Positions 27,374 to 39,216 of a stretch of DNA of 64,000 bases are shown one piece after another. The position numbers and the translations under genes are program-made. Where the stretch lies: contig CM114271.1 of assembly GCA_050084515.1 (NCBI GenBank), positions 6,820,001-6,884,000 on the forward strand, given 5' to 3'. The notes beneath the pieces are model-generated. The model was not told the origin of the DNA. It worked only from the letters and a program-made list of their open reading frames with translations, and ran no database searches. This DNA is from Blasia pusilla. Taxonomy: Eukaryota. Numbering within the stretch: the first letter of the stretch is position 1; the number at the start of each line of letters is the position of its first letter.

Positions 27374-27913
27374 AAAAAAAAAAAAACGAAGATGCACTTC
27401 GATAAAAACGAGTGATGGAAAACCCATCGGAAGTACAAAAGAGGGGGACTCAAAGATTCAAAACCTGAAGGCCACAACAGGACCAGAAAAGGAAGAAGGG
27501 GGCATTCCCCCCCTAACCATTTAAACTCACCAACAAAGCAGAGACTATATCAGCAACAACAAGAGAGCTATGACTACTACTAAGTGGGCCTCTAGCGCCG
27601 GCGTCTCCCACAGCCTGAGCCCGCCGCAAAATCCCATTAGTCTGGGCACGCTGCAACGCTATGGAGACCCGCTGCCTACAATACAGAATCGCAGTAGCTA
27701 AGGACAACCCATTTCTCGAGTGGAGATGATGGGCGCAGTCCGTAAGGAACGAGTCAAACCTCTCCCCCATAGCCCCATACATCAAGGAAGAGGTTGGATG
27801 CAGCACCGGGACTTCCCGGGAGGTCACCCATCCCAGTACTATTCCGGCCCAAGGGCGCTTAACTGCAGAGTTCTGATGGGATCTGGTGTAATAGCCCTGG
27901 TATGACCGCATCA
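27374..27913 (-). mobile_element. 5S rRNA-headed retroposon (SINE3-like or chimeric retrocopy) with CRE-derived 3' body and poly(T) tail
   Basis: 5S head at 27795-27913, RLE-element C-terminal coding remnant at 27513-27780, 3'UTR, then a ~13-14-nt T tail on the element strand. A direct repeat TCACGTA at 27367-27373 and 27911-27917 is a putative TSD. Confidence 0.8.
27795..27913 (-). rRNA. 5S: 5S rRNA-derived sequence, essentially full length (head of the retroposon, not an array unit)
   Basis: The reverse strand reads (T)GATGCGGTCATACCAGGGCTATTACACCAGATCCCATCAGAACTCTGCAGTTAAGCGCCCTTGGGCCGGAATAGTACTGGGATGGGTGACCTCCCGGGAAGTCCCGGTGCTGCATCCA. Box A, IE and box C are intact. There is no T-run terminator directly after it. 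Confidence 0.95.
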
Positions 27914-29819
27914 CGTAGTCAACATGCTCCGCATAGTTTCTTTTACTCATTTAATACTTTTCAACCGGCCACGTAGTCACATACGACTCTTTTCTACCTT
28001 TTAAAATGGTGTACTTTGCACCTTTTACCTTGTATAAAAAAATTATATTTTAGTCCAATGCTCTTAAGGACTGCTTTTTCAATATGTTGTAGTTGGTGTC
28101 GAATTTTACATTGTAAAATAAAATGATCTTATATCAAAAGAGACGTCATTAGAATACGCACACGTGTCAAACCTTCCTCGAAATTACTTTATTAAAAAAG
28201 TAGTGGCAATATCTTCACCTTTGAGACGGGCCTCCGAACCAATTTTAATTTGAGATCTGCCTATTATTTTCCATTTCCTAGACTGTCATGCCTATAGGAT
28301 TGAGGGTATCCACTTCTATGATTTTTTTTCTTAACCGTACATAAAAGGTTAACCAATTTTATTTTTTTATTTTTTTGGGGTCAAAAGCCAGGGAAGACAT
28401 ACACATTGAAGGATAGAGGAGCGGAACAATCGATAGGGAGAGAGGGGACAAAACGCTTCGTCCCTCCCACATTTTTCACTTTCCCTTCTTCTCTCGAGAG
28501 GCTAAGATATTAGGGTTAGAATGGAGTGATCCCTCAATCTACATACACAACCATCATTGTATAACATATCTCATTATCATATACACACATACATATACTA
28601 GTATAAAATATATCATCATCATATAAAGAAATCACATAATCAGATGGGAAACGAATCACTTTTTGAATGAAATTGAGCCAAATCCATTGTCAACGCGAGG
28701 GAATCAAAGTTCAATGCATATCATCCACATCCGTCCCTAGTCTATTCTTGAAGTCCCACTTATGGAAAAATGAGTCTTTCCAAACCTTCCCTTGGGATAT
28801 ACCATCTTTATATGCACATATATCACCTCAACCTACTTAGTAGATTTCTAACAAATTAAGAATTGTGAGAAGATTTTAAGGGTGATCGATGGAGAAAGAT
28901 TGCCAAGGGAGGCTAACATATCACTCCTACCCTCTCCATACCTATCTAGACTCTTAACCTCTCTATCAAGGCATATCATGATACTACAAATATTGTGATA
29001 ATTGTTGTGCACATACATATCATTACACAAAATACTTCATTATCACATACACATAACATACACCAAAAAATTACCACATAACACATGACATGAATATGTA
29101 CATTATCACATAAACAACCGTGGAATCTTCTCCTGGATGGTGGTAGGGTCCTTGCAACCCCAATGGTCAATCGTCATGTAGAAAGTAATATGCATCTTTT
29201 TGGTGCTAAGATCAAGAGAGGAGTGCTCACTTCCCCCATGGTTAGTGACGTATCTTCGATCCATGTCACTCTAACTCAACAATGATCATATAGAATGCAC
29301 TATGTATATTTCGGACATAACCATCATCACTAAAGAATCTCATCCAAGGGTGGCGTCAAATATGCCATTATGCCACCTTCGAGATCAACCATCACAAACA
29401 AATATAGTTGAAGCTCCTTGTTGATCCACACATCATGCACCTCGACCAATTTCAATCATCACCAACATCGGTTCTATTATATAATCCACGTTAGGAAGGT
29501 GACATGACATATAGCTATGTGCATAGTTCTTCCACATCATACCATCATGGCCAAAATCAAGACCCTTTATGGGAAAATCGTTCGCCATCTTTGAAAAGTG
29601 AAACCTGCAACACCCAAAGTCTATGATATTCTCTACTATATGAACAAAAATATTAATGATCAAACCTAAAAATCCCTTAATGATATCTACCTCTTCAAAG
29701 TATTGCATAACTGAACCTATCATGATTTTGAGAAATAGCTAGGTTCTCAAATATTATGGGCATTTCTCACCAAAAAAGCGATGGCTTTGATTCTACAAAC
29801 CAACTTGGTGTGTGTGAGT

Positions 29820-30280
29820 TGTTGTGTGGTGTGTAATGAAGTGTGAGCATTATTCAATAATTTTATACCAGAATTGCATGTGCTATCTATTATCGGGTTG
29901 GGCAAGAGGTATAATCAACTTTTCTTGGTCATGGTGGAGAAAATTTGGTTCTAAATGAAGGGAGCTCTTGGCACTACCAAGAAAATTTGAGTGAAGGAGT
30001 TACATATGCATTTTTGGATCAAGTCATTAGTCATTTTTGTGCCGACGAAGATGCTTATTGACTGCGAGAAAATGTTCTAGGCCTTGGTTGACCACCGTAC
30101 CACATTTTGAGATCATGCATAGACAAATGGATCAGAAGAGGGGATGGGCTAGATGATGAAGAGGATTTTGCACTAGTATTTAGGAGATTGGGACTTACAT
30201 TTGTCATGGTTAGTTTTGGACTCAAATTTCAATTGTCTTATGGATAACATCTATCTTGACCTACCATTTGGCGTGTCTTG
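29820..30280 (+). pseudogene. Highly decayed integrase fragment of the PHD-Gypsy family
   Basis: LVMVE...SEGVTYAFLDQVISHFCA...ALVDHRTT matches NEGTAYAFLDRVLTHFGA...ALIDHRTT of ORF 5529-5891. Confidence 0.65.
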
Positions 30281-30299
30281 ATTTTCCAAGATGTGTTTA

Positions 30300-32800
30300 G
30301 GGATCTGAGAGTTGTATATTCTGCACGGAGCCTCCGCCAAGCCATCTTGATGGATAACTAGTCAAACGTCTGTTTGTGGATCAATAACCACTTTTGAGTT
30401 GAGGGCCAAAATCAAGGGCCCAAGGGGGAGAATGCAAAATGTGGGATTTATCCAAAGAACTCCATAAGTACCTATAGATGAGACACTCTCCCTTCCTATC
30501 CACTCAAATCCTTGAACGAGGAACTAACTGTGTAGCGTGTTTGGTTGGTGTTCTAGGTTTGAGCTAGGGAATGCATCTTAATCTTAAGGAATTAACCAAC
30601 CTGCTTTGGTATAGGCGAGCAACTTTGGGGGGTTTCTTGAGGCTTGAGGAAGAGGCTTCCTAGAGAGATAGTACGAACTTGGGGAGACTCGATTTGATTA
30701 GGGCTTGGAAGCTTCTTGGCTACCTATACAACACGCAATCGGTTGAGTCTTTGGGACTCAACCTAAGCCTTCCTCTTGCAAAGCTCGAGGTTGTGAGTGC
30801 TTTAGGGTGCAACTAGGTATAGTATAGGCGTGACTCTAATATGCCTCCAGAGCCTATTATCCTCCATCGTCATCAATGATTGTGTTGTGTTTAGGGTAGA
30901 TACACAATTCCACCCAAAAAAATGATAGAGAGTGTAATGAACCCTTTATCTTCTGCCTTAGAAGTGGAGCAATGTTTCATCATCAATCATCAATCACCTC
31001 ACATGTGGAATCATGTTGTGACACACATCTCTAAGAGTAGATGAGCTTTGAAAAAAGGTTAAATTATGCATCAAAATGTACAGTAATAGACATAAAAATT
31101 ATGTTGTGTGCATAATAGACTTTTTTATTACAATCCAAAGGATAATTCAACTCTATATATGACTAAGTTCCTAATATACCACACAATCATAGAGTCTTCA
31201 TTTCTCTTTATCTTAGATAAGTTGGTCTAATTCCCTCCATGGGTGTACTTCCTTGGAGATTCCCTCTATCATGAACTCCTATAGGTGTGTAATGCATTGC
31301 TCAAAAAATTAATTCTTGAAGGTTTTCGGCTCTTTGATTTCAGGCATATACTCTATCATTTCCATTGTTTTTCTCGTGTTCCCAAGTTCAAACCTTCCAA
31401 CAAGGTACTTGCTATGAAGGGCAACCCATGCTTTGTATGTAGATAAAGCTTCTGATTTTTTAGGATATACTACAACCGGACTTCCAACTTTATTTACTAT
31501 AGTTGGATGAAAATCTCTCCCATAAGGAACCAATAAAAACATAATCTCTTACAACTTGTTACACTCCCAACTGGCTACACCCCCATCTTGACTATTTGAG
31601 GTACATCTCCCTTGCTAGTGTACATAATGTCACTATACCAAAATGAGGATCCTAGCTCTCTTGGAGACCCTTTAGTTATGAAAAAGTACACTCCATGAAA
31701 CAAGGCTCTATTGCTAGTCCCTTGTGATTCCTTGATCCCTCTTTCAGTCCTCAAAATTTCACTTTGTGAGTCCACATAGCTGCTATTTTATGCACCTCGG
31801 AGGACTCACGATAGTTTAGCACTTGGCGTCTACTCCAACTTGCGTACACAACATGCAACTGGTTAACTACGTCTTTGCGACTCAACTCAAGACTTCCGCA
31901 CACAAACTCAAGATCACGATCTCTTCATGACTTGGAGAGGAGGGGTATCATTTGAACTCTATGACAACACAAGTCATCCTAAATTGCACAATAGATCACC
32001 AACCAAATCAAAAACTTAAAATAAAACCTCCAAGAATGTCTCAAGAAAATTCCCAGAGGATGGCTTGCATGGTTGCACAAAAATGGACTTGTCGAGATAA
32101 GTCCGCAGATGTTTGCTGACAAGCCATCCTGCACGTGTTCTCGCACCATGGCACGCGTCCCTACCATAATCCCCTCTCGCATTCGGCCCCTGCCCAACCC
32201 TATCCCCGCTCACGTGAGGCCTGCGCCCCTCCTTAAGCGGTCCAGACGTGGGTTGGATGCATGCCCGCATACCCCGCATAGGGCCGGTGCGGGTTGCATC
32301 CCACGCCCCTCCCATGCCAGCCCAAAGTAGGCTAGGGTTGCGGGAAGGATGCGTCCCAAGATCAGATGCAAGATGCGAGTGGTCGGGCCACAAGGACATG
32401 TCCGTGCCTAGTACAAACATGGACAAGTCCACAGATATGGACTTTGTCCACATGCAACCCCCGATGGCTTGTGCACATACATCGCCAATGAGAGCCAACA
32501 TGTTGTTGGTAGCCTCTCTACTCCTAATCCTACATACAATACCTCCATCAAGCCATAATTTCTTGTACATGTGCCCCTTGACTTCAACTAGCATGGTAAT
32601 ATGATCTTGAATGGGAATAAAGAGGAGAAGAGACAAGTAGGAAGGTAATACATGTGTGGTTAGCTTAAGGGGAATCAATTGTGCAAGAAAACCTATGAAA
32701 ACAGAGTGTTTAGAAATGGAAATATGGAAATAAATGGAGGAAGGACAACAATCCAATCCAAAGTATGCATATGACATAATTTCTCATCGTATCCCATCCT
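30300..32800. mobile_element. Mosaic of decayed LTR-like/TE fragments
   Basis: GGAGCCTCCGCCAAGCCATCTT.ATGGATAACTAG is shared with ~8530. The promoter-like block at 30450-30570 is shared with 8980-9090 and 47180-47300. GGACATGTCC motifs are shared with 19700-19970, and the ORF remnant at 31309-31542 resembles 20949-21224. Confidence 0.5.
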
Positions 32801-35800
32801 TGGTTGGTTTGGAGACAAAGAGTGGATTCCAATATAAATTTCAATACCTCTTAAAGAGAAAAATATGGAAGACTTATGTGTTATGAGATAAACATGTATG
32901 ATGCCAATCTACATGGTAAATCTTGGAGATTCATAGTGTGATGACTTTGGGACATGGTTGGATATTTCCATCTTTACGGGAATCCTTAAAACTTCCAAGA
33001 GAAGAGCTCCATGAGATTTTGAAACAATCTTTTACAAAATTCTTACATTTTTATTATTATAAGTAGGGACAAGTAAAAGGGCTCTCCACTTGGTGCATAA
33101 CTAAGTATGGATTTCCTCTTTCCACTATTTAATACTATAAATATGTCTCATAGAGTGGGATTCATGCTAATATGAATGATCTCATTCCTACTAGTTGGGG
33201 AAGTGGAAGGAGAGAAGTTTGCAAAATGAAAATGGAGGAGGACTATGGAGGAGGAGATGGAGGGACATTTACAATTTTGCTTGTAACTATTTTCCAATGT
33301 GCTCCAATTTTTTCAATCGAAGGCCCAACGTGTTCATTTTCTCAAGCTTGAACTTTGGGGTCTTCTATTTTCCACTTAAGATGGAATTTTCCAAAGTTCT
33401 TGGGATCTATGGACCTCCTTCTCTCCTAAATATGCTAATAGATTCCTAAATAAAATTTCACACATAGCGCTCTTCTTAAAGTGTGATACCGGATTCCCAT
33501 CACTTTAAGGGATTCCTCTTGCTTTTCTCAATCTTTTGATACAGTGTGGGCACAACATTTCCAACTCATTCCCTCATAGTAGTTATCGGTAGGTAGCTCA
33601 CTTTCTGATCACATCCTTTTTTTTGGTGTTTCTAATTTCTTCATAACTTTCTCATCGAGTATCGACTTTGGGCATGTTTGGTCTTGTTTAGATCGTCTTG
33701 AAGAGCTCATTCTTTTCATACCAATAAGTTTTTTTTTATTCCTTGTTTGTAGGCGTCAATTTTGTATATGGGTTTTCTTTAGATCAATTCCTCTCAAACG
33801 TCTTCCTTGCTCTTTCAACTCTTTACCTTACTATTTTGCTCCTACATACGTTTGCTATCTCCTTAAGGACATTAAAGATTCATATTCTTGAGCCACTTAC
33901 TTCGATACCATATATGTCACTTTACTCTTTCAATTGCTTTTTATGTTTCTTAAAGTAACTTTCAATCATAAACTCATCGTGGCCTAATCTTATTCTCTCC
34001 ATCTAAATATCTTTTGGATGGATTCCACTACTTTTGTTATGGTCGTTACCCTCATGCTTTCTCAAACTCACCTTTCATATGTCTTCTCTTCTCTTTGATG
34101 GCTTTGCCTAACTTTGCTTCTATGGCATCAGAGATGGAGTTGGATTTATATCCATCTACTTGCTTCTTTGGTTTTGCACGCCCTCCTACAATCATAACCT
34201 CTCTCCTTCGTTTCCCTCCTTATCGTAGATCTCACCATTTTCCTCTAGATACTAATACACCCATTACACTCTCTACATTTCTTCAAGATTCTCCTCTTCT
34301 CCCCTCTTCATCTCTTCCTATTGAGCCTAATCTTGATCAATTATTACAAAATCCTACTACTTTGCTATCCTCACATATCTCAACTCTATCCTTGCTTCTA
34401 ACTCCCATCTATTCGACCCTTATCTCCCCTCTTCCTCCTCCTCCTCCGGATCCTTCTCCAACCTACTTACCCCCTCTTCGTTCGTACGAAGAGGGGGATC
34501 AAAGGTTGGAGAAGGTGGTGATGCGTCAACTTTTATGGAAGACTATACAATGGATCTTGACTTGGAGCTTGACTTGGAGGTTTTCACAAGGGCTATTCTT
34601 AATACTCCTCATTTATCTGCAAACAGGCTATCAGGGGATGGTTTTTTAGCACCTCCACCATTGCTTTATCTGGGTAGATTCAGCAAGTGGCTTTGCCTCT
34701 CTATATAACATGTGTGCACATATTACGGCACGTCATCTCCCATTCTCTATCTCAAGGCTCTTAGGGGTTTATCGTGTGTTGGCTATAGATAAGCCTCCTT
34801 CAAGTGTCCTCCCTTTGCTAGTGGAGAGGATTTATACCGCTTGGTTAGTCGATCCCTATGCTTACAATTTTATCCTCATTTTAGTGCCCACTTATTTCTC
34901 ATTAATTTAGAGTGGCAACCCTTGGTGGTTGTGAGGCTATGGTGCATGGGATTCGCTCCACTCTTGATATTCATCCAAAGTGGATGGCAATTCAAGTCGA
35001 TGTGGCTAACGTCTTTAATTATTATCTCGTGCGGCCATCTTTGAGGAGTTATGCTATGCATGAGGATAACTTGTGAGTCTCATTCTATTTGTCTGATCCT
35101 TCTATATATGCCTATAATACGCCCTTTATCTATTCTCATCATGCTACTTCCGGGGAATATAGTATTCTCCAATCAACTTGTGGCCCACGTCAAGGTGACC
35201 CCATGGGTGGCCCACTCTTTACAATTGCATATTTTTGTGCCCTTCAAACATCACTCCAAGAATTTCTATCTTGTCTTTTCCTTTTTATTGTTGATGATAT
35301 TCACATTATAGGTCCTCTTTCTAAAGTGGTTCCCACTTATACCCATTTTGTGGAGCAACTCTCTTTCTTAAACCTTTAACTCCAACCTAGTAAATGTGGG
35401 GTATGGTCTCCTTCATACCTTCCCTCAACATTCACCATGCCTACTTCTGATTTTTTCATCTGCATTGAAAGGGTTAGGGTTCTTGGGGTCCTAATTGGCT
35501 TCATCGACTATGTCTCGGAGTTGTTGGATGAGGCCCTTTTGAAAGATGTAGAATTCAAATAGCTTCATTTGTTACCTCATCTAGGGGATCCCCAAGTGGC
35601 TTATGGGATTCTCTCCAAATGTTTTCTACGACGTCCTTCCTACCTTCTTCGCACTTGTACTCCCACTTCAACGTTCTTACATCAATTGGCCTCTTTTGAT
35701 GCTTTTATCTTGGCAACTTTTGATCAACTTCTTGGCCTAAATACATTTCAGGGAGAGGATGATGTCTTGGCTTTAGGACAAGCTATCTTGCCTATTTCTT

Positions 35801-36269
35801 TTGGAGGGGTAGGGCTTATCTCCACAGTCGCATCTGCTCTAACAGCTTTTTTGGGGAGTTGGGTGTTGGTACCGCCGATTATGGCTTCAAGGTTTCTCCA
35901 AGGAGATACACCTATCTTGATTGATCATTTCGCCCATGTAGAGGAGGGGGACATATTAGTTCAACAAAAATTGAGATTTGCTCGAGTTTTTTTTCCTCTC
36001 GCTATACAAGCAATTTTACCCCCTTTCAGTCAATTGATTACTGAAGGGCTTGATCGACTTCAAGAGCATATCTCAGAGAATTTGCACCAAATCAACTTTT
36101 CCAGGATTCTCTCTAAGGCATCTTGTGATGCTCATTGAGCTCTTATTCATTCATGTGCGCGTACAGGGGCGGGGGCATGGCTTACTGCAAATCCTCTTAT
36201 TCTTCTATTTTTCTTCCTCAAAGTATATTCTCGATAACTTTGTGGTTACGCCTTGAACTTCCTCATCCT

Positions 36270-39216
36270 TGTCACATCTGAGTAACCGATAGGCCGAGAT
36301 CTATCGTGGATAGGGCGTAGGAGCCAGCGGACTATCTTGAGTGTAACTTTGTCCCATGGTGTCAGATGAGGTTGAGGATAGGTCCATTGTGTCAGGAACG
36401 TCCTTTCTGACAACTTTCATGTTGAGGTCTTTCACAGCCGGGTGACTTGTTGACCAGGTCACCCGCCCCTGGTAACCTGTGTGCACAGGTTACCAAGGAG
36501 AGGGCTACTTTTAGGGGAAGACCCTTTTGGTTCTTCCCAACCCTATATAAGAGAGGAAGATGGCTTTCCTAAGCCATCTTTCTCATGTTGGGCCGTTGGA
36601 GCACCTCCCTTGTATGTGTGTGAGATAGGACTAGGGTGCTAGCGTCCGGATTCCTTGATAGCACAGGATGGACGAGGCTCGATATGTCGATGTAGATTGA
36701 GGAGTGGAGTTTTAGGCCGGGTGTGGCGTTTTTACTACTCTTTATTTTTACATGAGAAAGATGTCAGGGGGCTGGTGGGAATTCGTTGTTTTAAGGTAGG
36801 CAAGCGAGTTGCCTTGGTCGGGAGCCCGTGGAGACGTTGGTTGGGGTCGTATTTTTCATTTTTCTGTTCGAAAGGCCGTGGGCGGAAGCGCTGTCCATTT
36901 TTCTCAGATTTTGCTGGTGCGGATCGATGGGAGACAACAGTAGGGTGTAGCGCAGGTTGTGACGGTAGGTATAGCGTCGTCTAATAGCGGGAATGTCGGG
37001 ATTTAGTAGGAAGGAGAGTTAGGGCTTGCAGCCGTCGGGGGCGCTGACGGGGCGTTTAGGTCAGCGCGCACGGACGGGCGGATGGAGGACAGCGGGCGGA
37101 AATGGCGACGGCGCGCCTCCCCCGCGCATTTATTGCTCAGCCCAAAAGTTGGGGAGGCCCATAGGGGTGCGGGCCAGGCTCCCCTCCCCCGCTTCTCACA
37201 TTTACTACTCTTTTTCTTCCCCTTTGGACGTGGTTGCGCATGGGCAACGTGGTAGGATCGAACGTGGTTGGATGGAGACGTCGTTGAGAGTCTGGATGTG
37301 GTCGAGATCAGGTTCACGTGGTCGGATAGGGTATACGTGGTAGATGGGAGCCGACCATGGTGAGTCAAGTTACATGCCGCGTGTGGGGATGGACGGAGAG
37401 GTTTGCGCGACATGATGTTTTTGGGGCGTGACAGGGCGTTGCGAGAGTTGACGATGGAGGAGCAGTGCGCATGATGCCGACAGGTTGTCCGCATCTATTG
37501 ACGGGAGGATCGACGTGTTGGTCGAGGAGAGTGTTGTGTTGCGGAGGTTGTCATATCACGTGGAGGAATGCATGTTGACGGTGCAACAGATTGGAGGGCG
37601 TGATCACGTTACGCATTCGAGTCCCTTTTCCCGCACTTGTCATGTGTGATTGAGAGTGTTGGATATCGGGTAGTAGCTGGTGCTAGGTGGGTGCAGTGAT
37701 GGTGACGAGTGTAGATTCTTTTCATATGTAGCATGTTGGTGGATATATACCGGTTGCCGAGTAGGGGTCGCGTGTATACAGATTCTTTCAGGAGCAGATT
37801 GAGTACTTGGGACACACCATATACCCGAGTGGGTTAGGCGTTCAACAAACGAAGGTAGAGGCTATTGCGTAGATTCCACGCCCTACAGATGTGAGTCGAG
37901 TCCGAGCATTTCTTAGACTTGCGAACTTCTATCGACGGTATGTCAAGGGTTTTAGTGCGATCGCAAAGTCTTTGACCTTGTTGACGAGACTTGATCAGGT
38001 CTGGTTGTGGGGAGATAATCAGGAGCGAGCATTTCAGGAGCTCAAGGACAAGTTGACGTCCTCACCCATTTTACAGAGACCGGTTAGGGGTCGCCCATTC
38101 CAATTACATACGGATTGGAGCATGTTGGGTCTAGGAGCAGTGCTTACTCAGAGGGATGACGTGGAGAGGGAGTTGATGTGGCGCCACATCATCACGCTCG
38201 GACGGTGGATCCGAGCTTGGCAGTGGTACCTGCAGGCTTGAGGTGTATGTTGTGCGGATCTGCAAGGGGTGCAGCCACCATGTTGGTATATGATGGTTGT
38301 TCTCGATGGTGGCATGTGTCATGTCTGACCCCCCCTCTTGATGTGGTTCCCACGGGACGATGGATGTGTCCAAGATGTGTATAGGGTAGTAGGTCATGTT
38401 AGATAGATGTGATATTTTCTATCTGGAGTTGGGGGGATCCAATTGCTAGCTAGGGGGCGGTTGTGTGATCTCCATGTATATGTATGAGTTGATTTTTGTA
38501 CATGTGTGGATCGACCCGTGTGTGGGAAAGATTGGTATTGTGTGGTGTAGATATGGCCAGCGATGTATGTTGTGTAGCGATATGTATGCGCATGACAGCT
38601 GTCACATCTGAGTAGCCGATAGGCCGAGATCTATCGTGGATAGGGCGTAGGAGCCAACGGACTATCTTGAGTGTAACTTTGTCCCACGGTGTGGGATGAG
38701 GTTGAGGATAGGTCCATTGTGTCAGGAATGTCATTTCTGACAACTTTCATGTTGAGGTCTTTCATAGCCGGGTGACTTGTTGACTGAGTCACCCGCCTGG
38801 TAACTTTGTCTGTGCGAGTTATCAAGGAGAGGGCTATTTTTAGGGGAAGAGCCTTTTGGCTCTTCCCAACCCTATATAAGAGAGGAAGATGGCTTTCCTA
38901 AGCCATCTTTCTCATGTTGGGCCGTCGGAGCACATCCCTTGTATGTGTGTGAGATAGGACCATGGTGCTAGCGTCCGGATTCTTTGATAGCACAGGGTGG
39001 ACGAGGCTCGATATGTCGATGTAGATTGAGGAGTGGATTTGTAGGCCGGGTGTGCCATTTTAACTACTCTTTATTTTTGTTGTGTGATCTCCATGTATAT
39101 GTATGAGTTGAGTTTTGTATAGGTGTGGATCGACCCGTGTGTGGGGAAGATCGGTGTTGTGTGGTGTAGATGTGACCAGCGATGTATGTTGTGTAGCGAT
39201 ATGTATGCGCACGACA
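36270..39216 (+). mobile_element. Gypsy-type retroelement (RT/RNase H remnant + PHD finger) with split direct repeats A1-internal-B1-A2-B2
   Basis: A1 36270-36749, B1 38460-38597, GC, A2 38600-39078, B2 39079-39216. Ends are TGTCAC...GACA, with TSD TCCT (36266-36269 and 39217-39220). RT thumb/RNase H at 37891-38175 (FYRRYVKGFSAIA...FQLHTDWS...GLGAVLTQ) and PHD at 38178-38384. Confidence 0.9.
36541..36551 (+). promoter_or_regulatory. TATA box in repeat A of the split-repeat retroelement
   Basis: CCCTATATAAG is conserved in A2 (~38870) and, as CTCTATATAAG on the minus strand, in the copy at ~7980-7990. Confidence 0.55.

Noticed and set aside
27795-27913. Functional 5S rDNA array unit or Cassandra TRIM
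   Set aside because: It is a single copy with an altered first base, no immediate T-run terminator, no second LTR/PBS/PPT, and a TSD-like repeat plus LINE-type tail.
27513-27950. 145-aa ORF as a protein-coding gene
   Set aside because: It is a chance read-through of flank, 5S rRNA and the CRE C-terminal fragment.
32016-32777. 253-aa ORF
   Set aside because: It runs through GC-rich repeat blocks shared with 8650-8900 and 19410-19970 and shows no domain signature.
36270-39216. Classification as a DIRS/Ngaro tyrosine-recombinase element
   Set aside because: Despite the split repeats, the family encodes a DDE integrase (5529-5891), has TG...CA ends and makes TSDs. No tyrosine recombinase motif was seen, although both copies are internally deleted.
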